Positions 26,230-38,999 of a stretch of DNA of 64,000 nt are shown piece after piece. The notes under the pieces were generated by a model that saw only the letters and a list, made by a program, of their open reading frames with translations, did not search any database and was not told the origin of the DNA. Source of the stretch: Cetorhinus maximus (lineage: Eukaryota); NCBI RefSeq assembly GCF_964194155.1, contig NC_135899.1, positions 10,788,001-10,852,000 of the forward strand, read 5' to 3'. Each line of letters opens with the position of its first letter. Position 1 is the first letter of the stretch. Both the position numbers and the translations under genes were made by a program.

Positions 26230-28765
26230 ACTGAGAGGTGTATACACGGCTGCACTTTAAATGTGGCGCCTGGTGTGATGAAGCAGCGAGGTGACAGTGC
26301 AATGACACTGCAGTGCATCTTGTAGATGGTACACTCTGCTGCTACTGTGCGTCGGTGGAGGGAATGAATGTTCATGGATGGGGTACCAATCAAGTAGGCT
26401 GCTTTGTCCTGAATGGTGTCGAGCTTCTTGAGTGTTGTTGTTGGAGTTGCACTCATGATTGTGTTGATTGGGGGATTCAGTGATGGTAATGCCATTGAAC
26501 GTCAAGGGACAATAGTTAGAATTCTCTCTTGTTGGAGATTGTCATTGCCTGGCACTTGTGTGGTGCAAATGTTTGTTACTTGCCATTTGTCAGCCCAAGC
26601 CTGGATATTGACCAGGTCTTGCTGCATTTGGCCATGGACTGCTTCAGTATCTGAGGAGTCGTGAATGGTGCTGAACATTGTGCAATCATCAGCAAACATC
26701 CCCACTTCTGTCCTTATGATGGAAGGAAGGTCATTGATGAAGCAGCTGAAGATGGTTGGGCTGAGGACACTACCCTGAGAAACTTCTGCAGTGATGTCCT
26801 GGAGCTGAGGTGATTGACCTCCAACAACCACAACCATCTTCCTTTGTGTTAGGTATGACTCCAACCAGCAGAGAGTTTTCCCCCTGATTCCCATTGACTC
26901 CAGTTTTTCTAGGGCTCCTTGATGCCGCACTTGGTCAAATGCTGCCTTGATCTTAAGGGCAGTCACTCTCACCTCACCTTAGGAGTTCAGCATTCTTGTC
27001 CATGTTTGAACCAAGGCTGTAATGAAGTCAGGAGCTGAGTGGCCCTGGTGGAACCCAAACTGAGCGCCAGTGAACAGGTTATTGCAAAGCAAGTGCCGCT
27101 TGATAGCACTGTTGATGATCTGTTTCATCACTTTATTGATGATCAAGAGTAGACTGATGAGGCAGTAATTGGCCAGGTTGAATATGTCCTGGTTTTTGCA
27201 TACAGGACATACCTGGGCAATTTTCCACATAGCCGGGTAGATGCCAGTGTTGCAGCTCTGCTCTGGAACAGCCTGGCTATGGGTGCCGCAAGTTCTGGAG
27301 CACAAGCCTTCGGTACTATTGCTGGAATATTATCAGGGCCCATAGCCTTTGCACTATCCAGTGCCTTTAGCTGTTTCTTGATATTATATGGAGTGAATTG
27401 AATTGGCTGAAGACTGGAATCTGTAATGGTGGGGACCTTCACAGGAGGCCAAGATGGATCATCCACTCGGCACTTCTGGCTGAAGATTGTAGCAAATGCT
27501 TCAGCCTTATCTTTTGCACTGATGTGCTGGCCTCCCCCATCATTGAGGATGGGGATGGTTGTGAAGCCTCCTCCTCTAGTAAGTTGTTTAATTGTCTGCC
27601 TCCATTCATGACTGGATGTGGCAGGACTGAAGAGCTTAGTTCTGATCCATTGCTTAACTCTGTCCATCACTTGCTGGTTATGCTGTTTAGCACACAAGTC
27701 GTCCTGTGTTATAGCTTCACCAGGCTGACACCTCATTTTTAGGGATGCCTGGTGTTGCTCCTGCTCCATGCCCTCCTGCACTCTTCATTGAACCAGGGTT
27801 GATCCCCTTGCTTGATGGTAATGGTAGAGTGGGGGATATGCCAGGCCATGAGGTTACAGATTGTGCTCGAGTACAATTCTGCTGCTGCTGTTGATGGCCC
27901 ACAGCGCCTCATGGATGCCCAGTCTTGGGTTGCTAGATCTGTTTGAAATCTATCCCATTTAGCACGCTGGTAGTGCCACACAACGCGATGGAGAGTATCC
28001 TCAACGTGAAGGCGGGACTTCATCTCTCCAACAACTGCGCATGTTCACATGGTCACTCCTACCGATACTGTCATGGGCAGATCCACCTGTGGCAGGCAGA
28101 TTGGTAAGGATGAGGTCGAGTGTGTTTTCCCTCTTGGTTCCCTCAGCAACTGCCACAGACCCAGTCGAGCAGCTATGCCCTTTAGAACTTGGCCAGTAGG
28201 GATGCTACCGAGCCACTCTTGGTGATGGATACTCAAGTTCCCCGCGTTCTGCACCCTCAGTGCTTCCTCCAAATGGTGTTCAACATAGGCTAGTCTGTGA
28301 GACAGCTCTCCCAATTTTGGCACTAGTTAGTAAGGAGGACTTTGCAGGGTTGACAGGGCTGAGTTTGCCGCTGTTGTTTCCAGTGCCTAGGTCAATGCTG
28401 AGTGGTCTGTCCGGTTTCATTCCTATTTTGAGACTTTGTAGTGGTTTGATACAACTGAGTGGCTTGCTAGGGCATTTCAGAGTGCATTTAAAAGTCAACA
28501 ACATTGCTGTGGTTCTGGAATCGCATGTAGGTCAGACCAGGCAAGGACAGCAGATTTCCTTCCGTAAAGGGTATTAGTGAACCAGATGGGTTTTTACAGC
28601 AATCGAGAATGGTTTCTTGATCATCATTAGACTTTTATTTCCAGATTTTTAGTGAATTCAAATTCCATCAACTGCCATGGTGGGATTCAAAACTGGGTAC
28701 CCAGGGCATTACCCTGGGTCTTTGGATTACCAGTCTAGGGACAGTACCACTACCCCATTGCTTCC
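26230..28765 (-). mobile_element. Second near-full APE-RT LINE copy with tRNA-like head
   Basis: Head at 28680-28765 (ggtagtggtactgtccctagactggtaatcc..ttttgaatcccacc) continues into KAMGPDNIP, ALKIKAAFDQV, QGSVLSPTIF, GMFADD. Confidence 0.88.
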
Positions 28766-28879
28766 CCCCGGGGCGGAGGGTTTGGGACGATATAGCATGA
28801 GAATCTGCCATTGAGGCCGGCGGGTAAAAAGTCGTTTTCCCTGCGTGCTACCGCACTTATTGCAAATCTAGGATGATTC

Positions 28880-29420
28880 CACCCACTCCCACAGACACAC
28901 ACACACATTCACTCTCTCCCTCCCACTCCCACACACGCTCACTCTCACTCCCACACACGTGCACACACAGACACACACACTCTACACTCACTCTCTCTCT
29001 CACTCCCAAACACACGCGCACACACACTCTCACTCACACACACAAACACTCACTCTCTCACTCAAAAGCACATACACTCTCTCACTCCCATACATGCACA
29101 CGCACACACACACACACACACACACGCATACTTTCTCTCTCTCTCTCACTTCCACACACACACATGCACTCACTCTCTCACTACCTTCCTACACACACAC
29201 AAACTCATACCCTCTCATTCCCACACACACTTTCTCTCTCACTCTCGCTGACACACGCATACACATGCACTNNNNNNNNNNNNNNNNNNNNNNNNNNNNN
29301 NNNNNNNNNNNNNNNNNNNNNNNNNNNNNNNNNNNNNNNNNNNNNNNNNNNNNNNNNNNNNNNNNNNNNNNNNNNNNNNNNNNNNNNNNNNNNNNNNNNN
29401 NNNNNNNNNACACACTCAAT
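28880..29420. repeat. (CA)n/(CT)n microsatellite spanning an assembly gap (N 29272-29409)
   Basis: Seen directly. Confidence 0.95.
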
Positions 29421-29499
29421 CTCCCACAAACAGCAGTCAGGCTCTTCCCCTGCCCACCCTTTGACCTGGGGCTCCGCAGCTTCTCGTTCCCAGGCCTCG

Positions 29500-29880
29500 C
29501 AGCCAGCCTCCCCTCCTTGGGACACCGGCACTGCACTCCCCAGCACTCTGCTCAGCGGCACTCTGTTCCTCGGGTCCAAATCCCCAGCACTCTGCTCCCG
29601 GGGTCCCACTCCCTGGCACTCTGCTTCCTGGGTCCCACTCTCCGGCACTCTGTTTCCCAGGTTCCATTCCCCCGCACTCTGGTCCCGTGGCCCTACTCCC
29701 TAGCACTCTGCTTCCCGGTACTCCGTTCCCCGGGTCCCGTTCCCTGCCACTCGGCTCCCCAGGCCCCACTCACTGGCACTCCATTCCCCAGCACTCAGTC
29801 CCCCAGCTTTTTGCTCCCCGGCACTCTGCTTCCCGGGCCCTGGTTGGAGGCATCAGCGTGGCATTCCAGAGCACTCCGAC
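29500..29880. repeat. Degenerate GC-rich tandem repeat (ggcactct..ccc)
   Basis: Recurring gcactctg..tccc..gggtcc units. Confidence 0.6.
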
Positions 29881-30820
29881 AGCACTACACCAGTGGTAGT
29901 GTCCCTACATATGAGCCAGAAGTCCCAGGCCCACATCCCACTCCAGCTCTTGATGGCCACTGAAGGTGTGTTCATATTCTGGACAAACAGGTTGATTATC
30001 AACCTATAAATCCTTCTGATACAACTATGACAGGCGGTAAGAGTGGGAGAGCTTCCTGGTCAGCCACACATGATGTGGAGTGGCCATATCTGCTGGCAAC
30101 CTGTTCCAGGAAAGAACTAGCCATGGATACACACATAAGCATGTGATTTGTCTGCCTCAGGTATCACAAAGCACAGGAAATGATGAAGTCTATAACTAAG
30201 TTACAAACTATGATTATTTGTATTGTCATCACAATTTGGCACCTGGTACCACGGCGATTTTTCAAAGAACCAATTATCTATCTATCGATAATACCAGGTG
30301 CCAACCTATTTACCATTTTGTCTTGACCCTGTTTCCCACTTCCTTCTTGGGTTTATTGCATTGACCATAAAAAGTCAACAAGCATGAATCACACATCTGG
30401 CATTATCAGCAGGAGCTAAGCAGCATGGGGGATGTGAGGAAGAGTTTTTTTTACGCAACAAATGGTAATGAGCTGTAACTCACTGCCTACAAAGGTGGTG
30501 GAACCAGAGGTGATGAATGATTTTTTTTAAAAATGGCTGGACACTTGAGGGAAATAAATTTGCAGGGCTATGGGGATAGAGCCGGGGAATGGGACAGATT
30601 GAGCTGCTCTGCAGAGAGCCGGCACAGACTGGGCTGAATGGCCTCCTGCTGTGTCATAACGACTCTAAATTGTACTCTGATGCCTTAATCCCTAAAGTAA
30701 CATTGGAATGAACAACTTTAACCAATTTAAATCATTTCCAGCTACAGCACAAATCCATGTAAAAATATAAACTAAAAAAATTTAATCAGATGAGATTAAG
30801 TCAAATATTAATCCTACATT

Positions 30821-31018
30821 AAAGCAAAATACTGCGGATGCTGGAAATCTGAAATAAAACAGAAAATGCTGGAAAAACTCAGCAGGCCTGACAGCATCTG
30901 TGGAGAGAGAAACAGAGTTAACGTTTCGAGTCTGTATGACCCTTCTTCAGAGCTCCGTTTCTCTCTCCACAGATGTTGTCAGACCTGCTGAGTTTTTCCA
31001 GCATTTTCTGTTCTTGTT
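30821..31018. mobile_element. Palindromic Penelope-derived element (inverted terminal-repeat halves) with 10-bp TSD
   Basis: Left arm cagaaaatgctggaaaaactcagcagg..gagagaaac is the reverse complement of the right arm; aatcctacat at 30810-30819 and 31022-31031. Confidence 0.8.
30915..30955 (-). ncRNA. Minimal type-I hammerhead ribozyme-like motif (PLE type)
   Basis: GAGCU-CUGAAGA-A-GGGUC(auaca)GACUC-GAAA-C-GUU-AACUC: intact core, 5-bp stem II, palindromic stem III, one mismatch in stem I. Confidence 0.6.
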
Positions 31019-32250
31019 ATCAATCCTACATATATTTGTATTTAGGGAACTTTACGTTCCACTGGTATGACTAAAGTTGATAAGCTATATTTGAACCCTA
31101 GAGGCAGCGATGAGTGATGTAGCTAAATCAGGCACATGGGAGTATTATTCTCTCTACAGCAGCCTTAAAGTAAACAGTATTGGACTCAAGCCTAAATGTA
31201 GCTTGGAAATGCCTGGCACAATAGAACAGCAAATGAGTCTTATAAGGAAATTCACTATGTTGATGTACATTTAAAAAGCTGTTCCATGGCATCGCTTTCA
31301 TTACATTGCTGATGAATACAGCAGATTAAATTCTATTACGTTCCGATAATTTATTTGTCAAATGCTTTGTCCCCTACAGAACTAGCATATAGAATTACAT
31401 TTTTGTATACTCATTCATGGGATGTAGGCAGAGCTGGCAAGGCCAGCATTTATTGATTTATTACCCATCCCTAATTGCCTTTGATAAGGTGGTGGTGAGC
31501 TGCACTCTTGAACCACTGCAGTCCGTGTGGGGTAGGCACACCCTCAGTACTGTTAGGGAGGGAGTTCCAGGACTTTTACCCAGCGACAGTGAAGGAACAG
31601 CGATATAGTTCCAAATCAGGATGGTGAGTGACTTCGAGGGGAACTAGCCTATCAATATATCCTTCTATTACAAGCATGTACAGCAAGCAGCTAGGAAGGA
31701 AAATGATATATTAACCTTTATTGCAAGGGGATTAGAGTATAAAAGTAAGGAAGTCTTGTTGAAATTTTACAGGGCTTTGGTGAGACCACACCTGGAGAAC
31801 TGTGTACACGTTTTGTCTGTTTAACTAAGGAAGGATATACATTTTTTATTCATTCATGGGATGTGGGCTTCACTGGCTGGGCCAGCATTTATTGCCCTAG
31901 TTGCCCTTGAGAGGGTGCTGATGAGCTTCCTTCTTGAACCGCTGCAGTCCATGAGGTGTAGGTACATCCACCGAGCTGTTAGGAAGGGAGTTCCAGGATT
32001 TTGACCCAGCAACAGTGAAGGAACTACGATATATTTCCAAGTCAGGATCGTGAGTGGGCTGAAGGGGAACTTCCTGCTTCACAGGAGATGCAACAAAGTT
32101 TCACTAGATTGATTTCTGAAATGATACAGCCATCTTTAGAGGTGGAGATAAAGTAGAAGTGGCCTATATTCTCTGGAGTTCAGAAAAATGAGAAGCAAGC
32201 TCACTGAAATGTATAAAATTCTTAGAGGAGTTGACTGTGTTGACAGGAGT

Positions 32251-32668
32251 TGTGAATAAAAACCACTCAGAGTCTGGAGTAAGCCAAAAGTAGGAATTTT
32301 ATTACAAGCATGCAGGGGAATGCTTCAAAAAGCAGTGATTGTGATTTGGATTTATACATAATACAGCTTCAGCCAGCTGCATGACCCAGCGTGATTTGTC
32401 TGTTCATGGCCTTCATGTGTCACTGGTAAACACATCCTATCATATTCTCGCAGACAAGCGGGCTAGTGGGACAGTACAAAATGTACAAAGAAGCCCAGAA
32501 AAACAGTTCAGGTTTGTCAGCTACAGTGATTTCATCTCCAGCAAAACACATCTTGAAAAACAGGCCAGGTGTGTAAGCTAAGGGTTACGGGGGGGAAAAA
32601 GGAACAGGTTTCACATGTATAACTCACTTCTCACTCATCGTAATCACATTAACCCTTCATTCGCCACA
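32251..32668 (-). mobile_element. Putative solo LTR inserted in a CR1 fragment
   Basis: TG...CA termini, AATAAA and TATAAA on minus; shares blocks with 17598-17960 (gctagtggga, gctacagtga, aaaacacatct, gccaggtgtgt, cattaaccct). Confidence 0.55.
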
Positions 32669-32686
32669 GCACAAGGCAAATGCTGC

Positions 32687-32906
32687 AAGAACAAAAACAG
32701 AAAATGTTGGAAAAACTCAGCAGGTCTGACAGCATCTGTGGAGAGAGGAACAGAGTTAACGTTTGGAGCTCTGAAGAAGGGTCATAGGGACTGGAAACAT
32801 TCACTCCCTTTCTCTCTCCACAGATGCTGTCAGACCTGCTGAGTTTTTCCAGCATTTTCTGTTTTTGTTTCAGATTTCCAGCATCTGCAGTATTTTGATT
32901 TTATCT
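32687..32906. mobile_element. Palindromic Penelope-derived element with 9-bp TSD
   Basis: Inverted arms around ctgaagaagggtcatagggactggaaac (32771-32798); aaatgctgc at 32678-32686 and 32907-32915. Confidence 0.8.
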
Positions 32907-33477
32907 AAATGCTGCCAAGTTTATTTTCCCTGCCTGGAGAATTTAGTCATGGGTGGCGAGGAGGGGGTGGGGGTGGGGATCACAGTCTCGGACCAAGGGG
33001 CAGGCCACTTATGACTGAGATGAGAAGTGATTTCTTCACTCGGAGGGTTGTGGATCTTTGGAATTCTCTACCCCAGGGAGCTGTGGATGCTGAGTCAAAG
33101 ATTGTACTTAAAATTGGGATTTCTAGACACTAAGGGAATCAAGGGATTTGGGGACAGGGCAGGGAAGCGTAGTCAAGGTAGAAAATCAGCCATAATCTTA
33201 CAGAATAGTGGAGCAGGTTTTGGGGGCTGGAATGGCTACTTCTGCTAGTATTTCCTACATTCCTGTATGCCTTTCTCCCCCAAATATTGACCTAGCCTCA
33301 CCTTAAATGTATCTCTGCTAGTCGTCTCAACTGCTTCTCTTGGTTGCATATTTGCTCGCCGAATAACAAATCCAAAAATTTGCAGGACCAATCGTATCAC
33401 CACCTCCCTCCCCTCCCACGAAATAGGACAATGTGGATGAAAATATGAAACTGCAAACTCTGAATTCTCATTCACAG

Positions 33478-34270
33478 GTTGGGCGTCAGCAATTAAAGGA
33501 AAGCTCCCTCAGAATCTCCCCAGTGGCTCATTAACCACACTCACCACCTACGGTGCAGCTGAGACTCACTAAGGCAAGGTAAGTCACAAGTTCCACCCCA
33601 GTCGGAGGGAAGGGAGAAAGAGGGTTAAAATTACCTTAGACCCCCTGGTATAAGAAGGAGGTCGGTGGATGAGGGAGGGAGGGGGTGGGGGGTGGAGTGG
33701 ACTTCATTCAGGACCCGACTACCCAAGTGATTCACTATGAAAGAGAAGTAGAGATTGTCCGAACGACAATTGGGGAAAGGCAGCTCCGTTCCCTCTTACT
33801 GACTTTACCTAGTCATGGAGGAAAGGATTGCTCCGGGCAAACGGGGCTTTAGAGTCGCAAAATTACCTTGAGTGGCAATAAGGCGGACGAATTGTCAGTG
33901 GTATCAGTAGTTGGACAATAATTTTGCTATTTCAGGCGATGGGTCAAAAGCTGCAGTGAAACTGGTACCCAGTCTCCCCAGAAATCAAAACGCCTTTCAC
34001 CCTGAAAGTCATCTCTTCCGACATTTGAAACAAAAAAAAAGGCCTCTTGAAGGACTTGCTGTGCGACAAAAATGACTGTTCATACCGAGAGATGCTGTGC
34101 TGAAGGTGAGTTTTAAACCACCTGTTTACCTGTCATTCTATGTCAAGAACGTTAACTAAAGAGTTGCCAATCTCTGTTTTTGTCTCCGGCAAGATCCAGA
34201 AATCGACACAGTAAAGGTGAAAACGAAAAATAGTTTGAGATTTTCCGAACAAGTCGCACCGAACATGCAG
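33478..34270 (+). other. Candidate 5' exons of the GT6 gene (33478-33578; 33936-34105; exon ending ATGCAG at 34270)
   Basis: Good acceptor/donor pairs (ttcacag|..aag|gtaagt; tttcag|..aag|gtgagt) in a unique CpG-enriched region. ATG CAG|gtaacc (34265-34270) would join the 38679 exon in frame. Confidence 0.4.
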
Positions 34271-35789
34271 GTAACCACCTTGTCATGGGCTATAATACAT
34301 TTCCCTATATTTCGTACTGAAAAATGATGTTTCCTAGTTAAAGATTTATCTGTTGAAAGCTTCGGCCGAGCGTACATTTGTTACACGTCCGAATCCTGTG
34401 CCATAAACTAGGTTGGGATCACAAACTCCACCAAATGCCATTTCTCCAAATTCACCCTTAGGAGAGGCAAATGCAGTCAGGTTCATGCACTGTGTTGATG
34501 TTTCCTGGTGAGATGTAACGGCAGATCGAGGGGAGTTGGCTGACTTCGCCTGGGTTCTCTTTTTCTTCTTTGAGGGTTGCGAAGATTGCTGTCAAGAAGT
34601 AATTGCGAAACCGTAACTTGAGCAAGCCGCTCGTTGAGTTTTACACCGAGTACAAGCAACAAACCTGCAATCAGGAGATTGTTGCTTCTTAGAAAACTAT
34701 ATAATTGGCAATGAGTGCTGCCAATGTAAGTGCGGGGCCCAGGTGCTTTAAAACATTGCACAAGGCTTACCAGGAAGTGAGTTATGAAATATATATTCGA
34801 GGGTGGGGGAGTGGGGACTGTACTGGCGAAGTATGTGCAGGACAATGCAAACCTGGGAGTGAGTTACAAGCCACAATCTGATCAAGAAGATCAGACGAAT
34901 TTACATGCAGATTAACGGACGCTCAAACAAATTACAGGATGGGATTTGGTTGAAGTTTTTCGATGGTTTACTGGATTTCAGGCAGTGAGTTGTAGACTGG
35001 AATCTAATTGAGGAATTCTACGTGTAAAAGATTGAACCTGGAAATAAGCGCCAGGAGCTTGGGGGAGACAGTGCTGTAGTGGCGGTGACACTGAATTTGT
35101 AATCCAGAGGCCAAAGTGGGTGCATACATTCAAATCCCACCTATACGAGTGAAATACAAATCTAATTGATTAAAAATCTAGAACTGAAAGCTAGTCTCAG
35201 TAATGGTGATCATAAACGTATGGTCGATTGTGGTAAAAACCCATCTGGTTCACTAATACCCTTGAGAGAAGGAGATCTGCCGTCCTTTGCTGGTACAGCT
35301 AACATGTGACTTGAGACCCACAGCAATGTGGTTAACTCTCAACTGCCTTCTGAAATAGCTCAGAAAGCTGCTACAGCATGGAATGCAGTGGTTCAAGAAG
35401 ATGGCTTGTTACCACTGCCTCATGGACAACAAATGCTGGCTTTGCCAGTGATGCCCACATGCCATGAAAGAGTTAAAAAAAATCAGCCTTATGGAATTCG
35501 TCAGATGGTACATGTAAGCTGTCATACTGTCACACATGTTACATTGGGAAGGGTAAGGTGCAGAATGGTCTCTGTCACCTGAATTGTTCTTTGTGACATT
35601 ACCTGACACATAATCAGGGGACATAGATTTAAGGTTTTGGGCAAGAGATGCAGCATACGTGGAAGAAATATTTTATGCAACAAGTGGTAGAGACCTGGAA
35701 ATCGCTCTCAGGTGGATGGCTACTTCTTTGAAGAAGAGCAGAAGGTTCCCCTTGGTGGCCCCGTACCACGGGCAAGTGAGCATAGAAAT

Positions 35790-37625
35790 AGAAGAATAGG
35801 ACAGGTGAATAAGTTGCTGGACAGATAGTGCAGGACGGAGGGTTTTAGACTCTTGGGACATTAGGATCAGTTCTGGGGAGATGGGACCTGTACAGACTGG
35901 ACAGGTAAAACCTTAACAGAGCTGTGACCAATTTCCTTGCGGGGTGATTTGCTGATGCTATTGGGGAGGGCTTAAATTAACTTGGTAGGGGTGTGGGAAC
36001 CAGGAGGTAATTCTAGAGATGGATACCAAGTGCAAAGAATATTGGGAGAGACAGATAGTACTAGAGTAGGAATGCAAGAGGGAATGAAATAAAGTCTAAA
36101 TTATGGTTACAGCGCATATGTGTGAATGTGCAAAGTGTGGTAAATAAGATCAGTGAGTTGCAGATGCAGATACACATGGAAATATGATGTTGTAGCAATA
36201 CCAGAGACCCAGCTCAAAGAAGGGCAGGACTTGGTATTAAGTATTCTTGGATACAAGATGTTCAAGAAAAATAGGAAAGGAAGGAAAGGAGGAGGGCTGG
36301 CAGTAATGATTAAGGAGAATATTGCAGTGCTGGAGACAGAGGATGGGTCAAGCACTCAGCTCCAGACCTCATTACAGCCTTGGTGCAAGCATGGACAAAA
36401 GAGCTGAACTCCAGAGGTGAGGTGAAGTGACTGCCCTTGAGGAGGACTGGGGCCAATTAGGGACCAAAAAGGGGATTTACGCACAGAGGCAGGGGTATGG
36501 CTGAGATATTAATTAAATGAATACTTTGCATCTGTCTTTACCAAGGATGAAGATGAAGAAGATGCTGCATGGCAAATGAGGAGATAGTTCGGCTACTTGA
36601 AGGGTTTAAAATTGATCAGGAGGAGGTTTTGGATAGTCTGCCTATACTTAAAGTTTAATAAGGCACCAGGACCAGATGGGACGCATCCAACGATACTGAA
36701 GGAAGTGAGAATGGAAATTGTGGAGGCACTAGCCATAATTTTCTAGTCTTCCTTAGACTCAGGGGTGCTGCTAGAGGATTGGGGAATTGCAAAGAGACAA
36801 CGTAAATTAAATGGTACAATTCTAAAGAGGGACCTGCGTGTATAGGTGTATAAATCATTGAAAGTTGCAGGAAGATTGAGAGAGCAGTGAGAGCAAGCAG
36901 CATCCTGGGTTTTATCAAATGGGGCATAGAGTACAAAAGCAAGGAGGTTATGCTAAACCTGTACAAAGTACTGAAGCACTGGTTCAACCCCAGCTGGAGT
37001 ATTATGCCCAGTTCTGGGCATTGCACTTTAGGAGAGGTCTGAAAGCATTAGAAAGGGTGCAGAAGAGATTCACAGGAATGGGTCCAGGGATGAGGAACTT
37101 CAGTTATGTAAAAAGACTGGAGAAGTCGGGGCTCTTTTCTTCAGAGAAAAGAAAGTTGAGAGGAGATTTGATAGAGATATTCAAGATCATGAGGAGTCTG
37201 GACAGAGCAGATAGGGAGAAAATGTTCCCATTGGTGGAAGCATCGAGAACCAGAGGGCACAGATTTAAGGTAATTGGTAAAAGAAGCAATGTTGACAAGA
37301 GGAAAAACATTTTCACACAGCAAGTGGTTAGGATCCGGATTACACTGCCTGAGAGTGTGGTGGGAGCAGGGTCAATGTAGGCTTTCAAAAGGGAATTGGA
37401 TCATTATCTCAAAAAGAAAAACTTGCACAGCCACAGGGAAAAGGCAGAGGAATAGCACTTGGTGAATTGTTCCTTCAGAGGGCTAGCACAGACATGATGG
37501 GCCAAATGGTGTATGCACAGCCACAGGGAAAAGGCAAAGGAATAGCACTGGGTGAATTGTTCCTTCAGAGGGCTAGCACGGACATGATGAGCCAAATGGT
37601 GTATGCTGTAACCATTCTGCGATTT
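35790..37625 (+). mobile_element. Fragmented CR1 LINE (ORF1 end, ORF2 pieces, 3'UTR with a 90-bp tandem duplication at ~37425-37604)
   Basis: FWGRWDLY-like ORF1 end, YDVVAIPETQL endonuclease start, LEYYAQFWALHFRRGLKALERVQKRFT. Confidence 0.85.
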
Positions 37626-38678
37626 TATGATAATAAACACAACACTGGTTACAGAGAGGAAGATGGTAAAAATGAAAAGACACATATTCCTCAGAGTAGT
37701 TAAAAAAAAAGGCAGTATGGAGGATAAGTATGATTCAAGGGGACCAAGATGTTATTTCATTCATGAGAGATGACATCTGAAGGCAGGTTGTTGGAAATTA
37801 GAAGGCAAAACTCTAGCATTTGTGCGTGTGACAGACAACATTGGTGTATTGGCCGATATTGGTCTCTTAACCAATGTCACTAAGAAAATTTGGATTATCT
37901 AGTCATTACCACGTTGCTGTTTGAAGGAACTCGCTGGGTTTAAATGGGATGCAGCATTTCATACGTTGGATCGGTGATGACATTTCCAAAGTACTTCTTT
38001 GTCGGTATAGTGATTTGGGACTGCTTGAGGTCATGAAAGCTGCAATATATAAAAGTAAATCTTTCTTTATTTCAAGCAACCATTTTTGACTTAAAAAGAA
38101 AACACTGCGGATGCTGGAAATCTGAAATAAAACAGAAAATGCTGGAAAATCTCAGGTTTTTATTTATTATAAACTATTTCAAGTGCCCCTCATACTCCAC
38201 ATGTATTGTTCTATTACAAGAACTGGTTCAGAATGAGTGTGTTCACTTAAGTCATGTGCTCAAGTCTCTGGAATCGGCGCATTCTAGCCTTGATATTTTA
38301 CTGTACATTCTCATCTCAGTTCATGGTAATTCATTCTCAGCCTGTGTTTGGTGAGTGACATTCACATCTCTGAGCCAGCAGATTGTGGGTTCAAATCCCT
38401 CTCCAGAGATTTGAACCAATGATCCAGGCTGACACTTCCAGAGCCGTACTGAGAGTGTGCGGCACTGTTGGAGGCACTGTCCTTTGGATATGATTTTAAA
38501 CTGAGACACTGCTATCACAAACCTTTTAACCCTGAATTTTATTAAGGGGGCTGATGAACAAAAATCACTCTCCATCCCAGGTAAAGGCATTGCTATAAGA
38601 AGACTGGTGTCAGTTGATTATCGGTCAATCCACCTCAAGTACGAACTGTAGTTAAACTAAAAATATTCTTACTTCCAG

Positions 38679-38776
38679 GTCAGGTTGGATATCAACAAAC
38701 AAATGCTCTTTGCTGCGCTGTTGTGTATGGCAGTTCTGTCACTGGTGTACATTTCCTATCATTCTCACAGATTAAT
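38679..38776 (+). CDS. A3GALT2: GT6 glycosyltransferase exon encoding the type II signal-anchor
   Basis: acttccag|GTC.. reads VRLDINKQMLFAALLCMAVLSLVYISYHSHRL; phase-2 donor at|gtaagt; internal ATG at 38703. Confidence 0.75.
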
Positions 38777-38999
38777 GTAAGTAGCATTTTAAACAGAATT
38801 TCTTTCCCTTTATTCCTTGTTTGTTGAAACTTGACACTGAACAGTTCTCCAGGTTCAAAACATTTGTGTGAAAGGCTCTAAAGACACACAGGAGTCAGAC
38901 CCTCAGCTCATGGTCTCGGCAGAATGTAAGCTTGCAAAGTGAACTTCAGTACAGACCATGCAGAGGAATCGGTTGAGCATTGTTACTGGGCAAAGAAGT

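Noticed and set aside
28873-29963. Long His/Thr-rich ORFs
   Set aside because: Translations of a microsatellite and an N gap.
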